A stretch of DNA of 34,613 bases from Eledone cirrhosa (lineage: Eukaryota), in assembly GCA_964016885.1 (NCBI GenBank), contig CAXHJY010000770.1, positions 1 through 34,613 of the forward strand. Reading direction: 5' to 3'. Positions within the stretch are counted from its first letter, which is position 1, and every line of letters starts with the position of its first letter. Under the pieces are notes generated by a model. The model was not told where the DNA came from and did not search any database. It saw nothing but the letters and a program-made list of their open reading frames with translations. The position numbers and the translations under genes are program-made. Below are positions 29,898 through 34,613 of the stretch, in pieces.

Positions 29898-32466
29898 TCA
29901 TCATCATCATCAACGTTTAACGTCCGTGTTCCACGCTTGCATGGGTTTGGACGGGGGTAGTCCCACTTGAGGCAAGAGTGATTGTCTTGCTCGCATAGGA
30001 CTGTCTGGCAGGTTTTCTACAGTTGGATGCCCTTCCTAACACCAACCACATTTACAGTGTGGGTCTGGGAGGTTTTTACCGTGTTGCCTACACGGCCACA
30101 TTACAGCGTGGACTGTGTGTTTTTTTGTCGTGACACCTACACGATCTCATTTGTTTCGGCCTGGATAGCGTGGCACCAACATAACTTTACATAGAGCGGG
30201 GTGGTGTGGATGGGGTGGGGGTGGTGGCGGGACGGGGTGTATTTTGTTAGAGATGCCTACTGGCAAGGCGGGTCTTCTCTGTTACTGAGTACCGCCAAAG
30301 GTCTCGGTCCAGTGACATTGTCTTGGAGAGGTGTAAGTGTGTGAGGTCGGAGTTTATCAGCTCGTTCCAGGTTTTTCTAGGTCTGCCTATTCCGTGGCTA
30401 CCGTCTATCTTTATTGCCCTGCAATTTGTTATACAGCTATCGACTTTCATGCGCATCACGTGTCCATACCAACGTAGCCTTCTCTCGAGTAAACAACATC
30501 TGATCCCTCTTATCTCTAATTTTTTCCTTAGTTCGTTTATGCTTTGCCATTCACGTATATTACTGTTACACATCCAGCGGAGCATGCAAGCTTCGTTCCT
30601 CTCTAGTCTGCGTATATCCTCTGCACACAATGCCCAGGTCTCACTGCCATGCAACATCGCTGTTCGTATGCAGGCATCGTACAACCTGCCTTTCATTTTT
30701 AGGGAGAACCCTTTAGCAGCTAATAGTGGTATAAGCTCTCTGAACTTTTTCCAACCAGTTCTGACTCTAGCTACAGTACTTTCAGAGCACCCTCCCCCAC
30801 TGCTGATTTTATCGCCCAGGTAACGGAAGCTGTCCACTATTTCTATAGAACCATCTGCGCAATTGAAAGAGCTAGTATTTTGTGGGCACTTGCTGCTACT
30901 TATTGCACCAGAACACCGGCCACATGTAAAATCTATGTTCTTAGTTAGCTTACCTGTGATCCCACTACATCTTTTATGCACCCATACTTTGCATTTAGGA
31001 CATAAAATGGAGTTTCTACCTACGCCTTTCCTACACACCGAGCACGACCATTTCCCAGAAGGGACCGCCGCCTTGTTTTCTTTCCTACAAACTAGAACTT
31101 TGGTCTTAGCCAGGTTAATTTTAAGTCCTTTTGACTCTAGGCCGTGCTTCCATGTTTGGAATTTCTTCTCTAGCTCGGCCATTGATTCCGCTATGAGTGT
31201 CAGGTCGTCTGCGTGTAGGAGTTCCCATGGGCAGCCTGTCTTGAACTCCTCTGTTATAGCCTGAAGGGCAATAATAAATAGTAGGGGGCTGAGAACAGAG
31301 CCCTGATGGACGCCAACTTTTACGCTAAACTCTTCACTATATTCGTTGTTAATTCTAACCTTGCTGACTGTTTCTTTATACATGGCTTGTATAGCCCTCA
31401 CAAGCCATTCGTCAACGCCTAGTTTTCTAAGAGCCCACCAGACAATGGAGCGGGGGACTCTGTCGAAGGCTTTCTCCAAGTCAACAAAAGCTAAGTAGAG
31501 GGGTTTACCTTTAGCTAGGAACTTCTCCTGTAGTTGTCGTACTATGAAAAGAGCGTCTGTGGTACTTTTGCCTGACACAAACCCGAACTGCATTTCATCT
31601 AGGTCAATTCTCTCTCTGATTAGTTGCGCTATTACTTTTTCCGTGACCTTCATGACCTGGTCGATTAATTTAATGCCTCTATAGTTACTCCTATCTAGGG
31701 CGTCTCCTTTACCCTTATAACAGTTAACGATGATGCTGCTATGCCAGTCCTTCGGAACAACCCCATTCTGTACGACATGGTTAACTATACGAGTGACCAT
31801 GGTGTGTCCCACCGTGCCAGATGCCTTCAGCATCTCAGCAACTATTTCCGAAGGCCCAGCCGCCTTACCTGTCTTCATATCCTTGATTGCCTTACTTATT
31901 ATACTCCCCTCGACTAACACTGCTGGTCCCTCTATTGGGTCGATATGGGGGAGACTGTCTTTCTCCCATTTAATCTCCTCATTTAGTAGCCTTTCATAGT
32001 GACACTTCCAAGCTACCTTCTTATCAGTGTCGGTGATGGCAAGTATGCCATCATCGTTAAGTACACACTTCTCCCCGACAATATCACGGTTTTCCTTGAC
32101 ACATTGCCTAGCAATCCTGAACACCTCACGTTTTTGGTCATCGCGTTGTAGAACATGCTTGAACTTTCTTTCCTCAGCTTCCCTTCTTGCTAAGTACACT
32201 TCTCTCCTAGCTTCCCTCCTGGCCACTTGATAGTCTACTCTACTTCCCCCATCCCGCCATACTTTCCAAGCCTGCTTTTTGGCCTTAATTGACCCCTCCA
32301 CCTTACTGTGCCACCACCATGTTACTCTCCTCCTGCCTACAGGCCTGCTCCAGCCACAGACTTCGTCTGTGGCCAACAGCAGGTTTGCTTTCAGAAATTC
32401 CCACTGTCCCTCTATATTGTCCGACTCTAAATGTTCTTCCTTACTGTCGAAAGCATCTATTAATAT
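29898..32466 (-). mobile_element. RTE family B copy 3, 5'-truncated, nested in the Penelope 3' region
   Basis: (GAT)n tail at 29898, 3' module, and open RT ORF 30247..32376. Homology to copy 1 is lost at ~32466. Confidence 0.93.
30247..32376 (-). pseudogene. 5'-truncated RT(PHD) ORF of RTE-B copy 3; YADD mutated to HADD
   Basis: 709-aa track ORF lacking the APE domain; ELLHADD versus ELLYADD in copies 1 and 2. Confidence 0.88.
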
Positions 32467-32522
32467 AAATGTAATCTCGAAGTGTGTACTGCCACTCTAA
32501 ATTCTGTAATGAATGTTGACCC

Positions 32523-32701
32523 ACAATGTTTGAATATGTATCAATGTTTGAATATGTATTGGTATGTCTCTCGGCTGAAAGGGAGGTCATATAACTGTCC
32601 ATGCATTAATAAATTGCTCCGAAGAATCCAAACCTCGGTTTGGAGGAAACAGCTGTAAGCACAATGTTTTGAACAGTTCTTTGATTCTTATATTTCATAT
32701 A
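32523..32701 (+). repeat. Penelope pseudo-LTR, 3' copy
   Basis: Direct repeat of 25779-25960; ends ...ATTTCATATA, merging into (TA)n. Confidence 0.93.
32615..32661 (+). ncRNA. Minimal type I hammerhead ribozyme-like motif, second copy
   Basis: Identical to 25871-25917. Confidence 0.78.
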
Positions 32702-34402
<1,701 letters not shown>

Positions 34403-34404
<2 letters not shown>

Positions 34405-34613
34405 CATCATCATTTCATCATTTCATTTTACGTCCGCTTTTTCCTTGCTTGCAAGGGTGGGACGGGAACTGATTTTGGCTTGATTTCTACAGCTGGATGC
34501 CCTTCCTAACACCAACCTCATTTACAGTGAGTGCTGGGTGCTTTTTTGCCGTGGCGCCTCCACGACCACTTTGCAGTGGAATGATAGGGACCGCAGTCCC
34601 TATCATCTCATTT
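34403..34613 (-). mobile_element. CORE-type SINE with RTE tail, copy 2 (continues beyond the window)
   Basis: Closely matches 8578-8782; the tail abuts (TA)n. Confidence 0.85.

Larger units (their letters stand above)
25779..32701 (+). mobile_element. Penelope-like element (Naiad-like), pLTR-ORF-long 3' region-pLTR, interrupted by RTE-B copy 3
   Basis: RT + GIY-YIG ORF flanked by ~180-bp direct repeats carrying hammerhead motifs; the 3' end runs into (TA)n. The clade call rests on recalled motif patterns. Confidence 0.87.

Noticed and set aside
29880-32480. Target-site duplication around RTE-B copy 3
   Set aside because: No convincing direct repeat at the two junctions. TSDs of the other elements cannot be determined within TA arrays.

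Overview
Eukaryotic, gene-free window made up entirely of retroelements and microsatellite. The SINE/RTE motifs and multi-kb (TA)n-derived arrays resemble coleoid cephalopod (Octopus-like) DNA; this taxonomy is inferred, not proven. About 13.5 kb is interrupted (TA)n array, with young non-LTR elements stacked in it. (1) A CR1-clade LINE (1-3877, -) has an ORF1 with polyQ and two CCCH fingers, and an apparently intact APE-RT ORF2 that the ORF track missed; a near-identical 3' fragment lies at 7433-7975 (+). (2) Two CORE-type SINE copies have RTE-derived tails. (3) Two RTE families (five copies) are present, and every copy that covers the region carries a PHD finger inside the RT domain. (4) A Penelope-like element (Naiad-like RT + GIY-YIG) has two pseudo-LTRs, each with a variant hammerhead ribozyme. 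Best leads: CR1 ORF2 has no usable AUG, overlaps ORF1 in the -1 frame, and the overlap holds two correctly phased retroviral-type slippery heptamers (candidate programmed -1 frameshifting in a LINE); a PHD finger sits inside the RTE RT; unrelated element types all land in strand-polarised TA arrays; and there is an apparent RTE-Penelope template-switch chimera. The long YIYI-type ORFs in the track are microsatellite artefacts.
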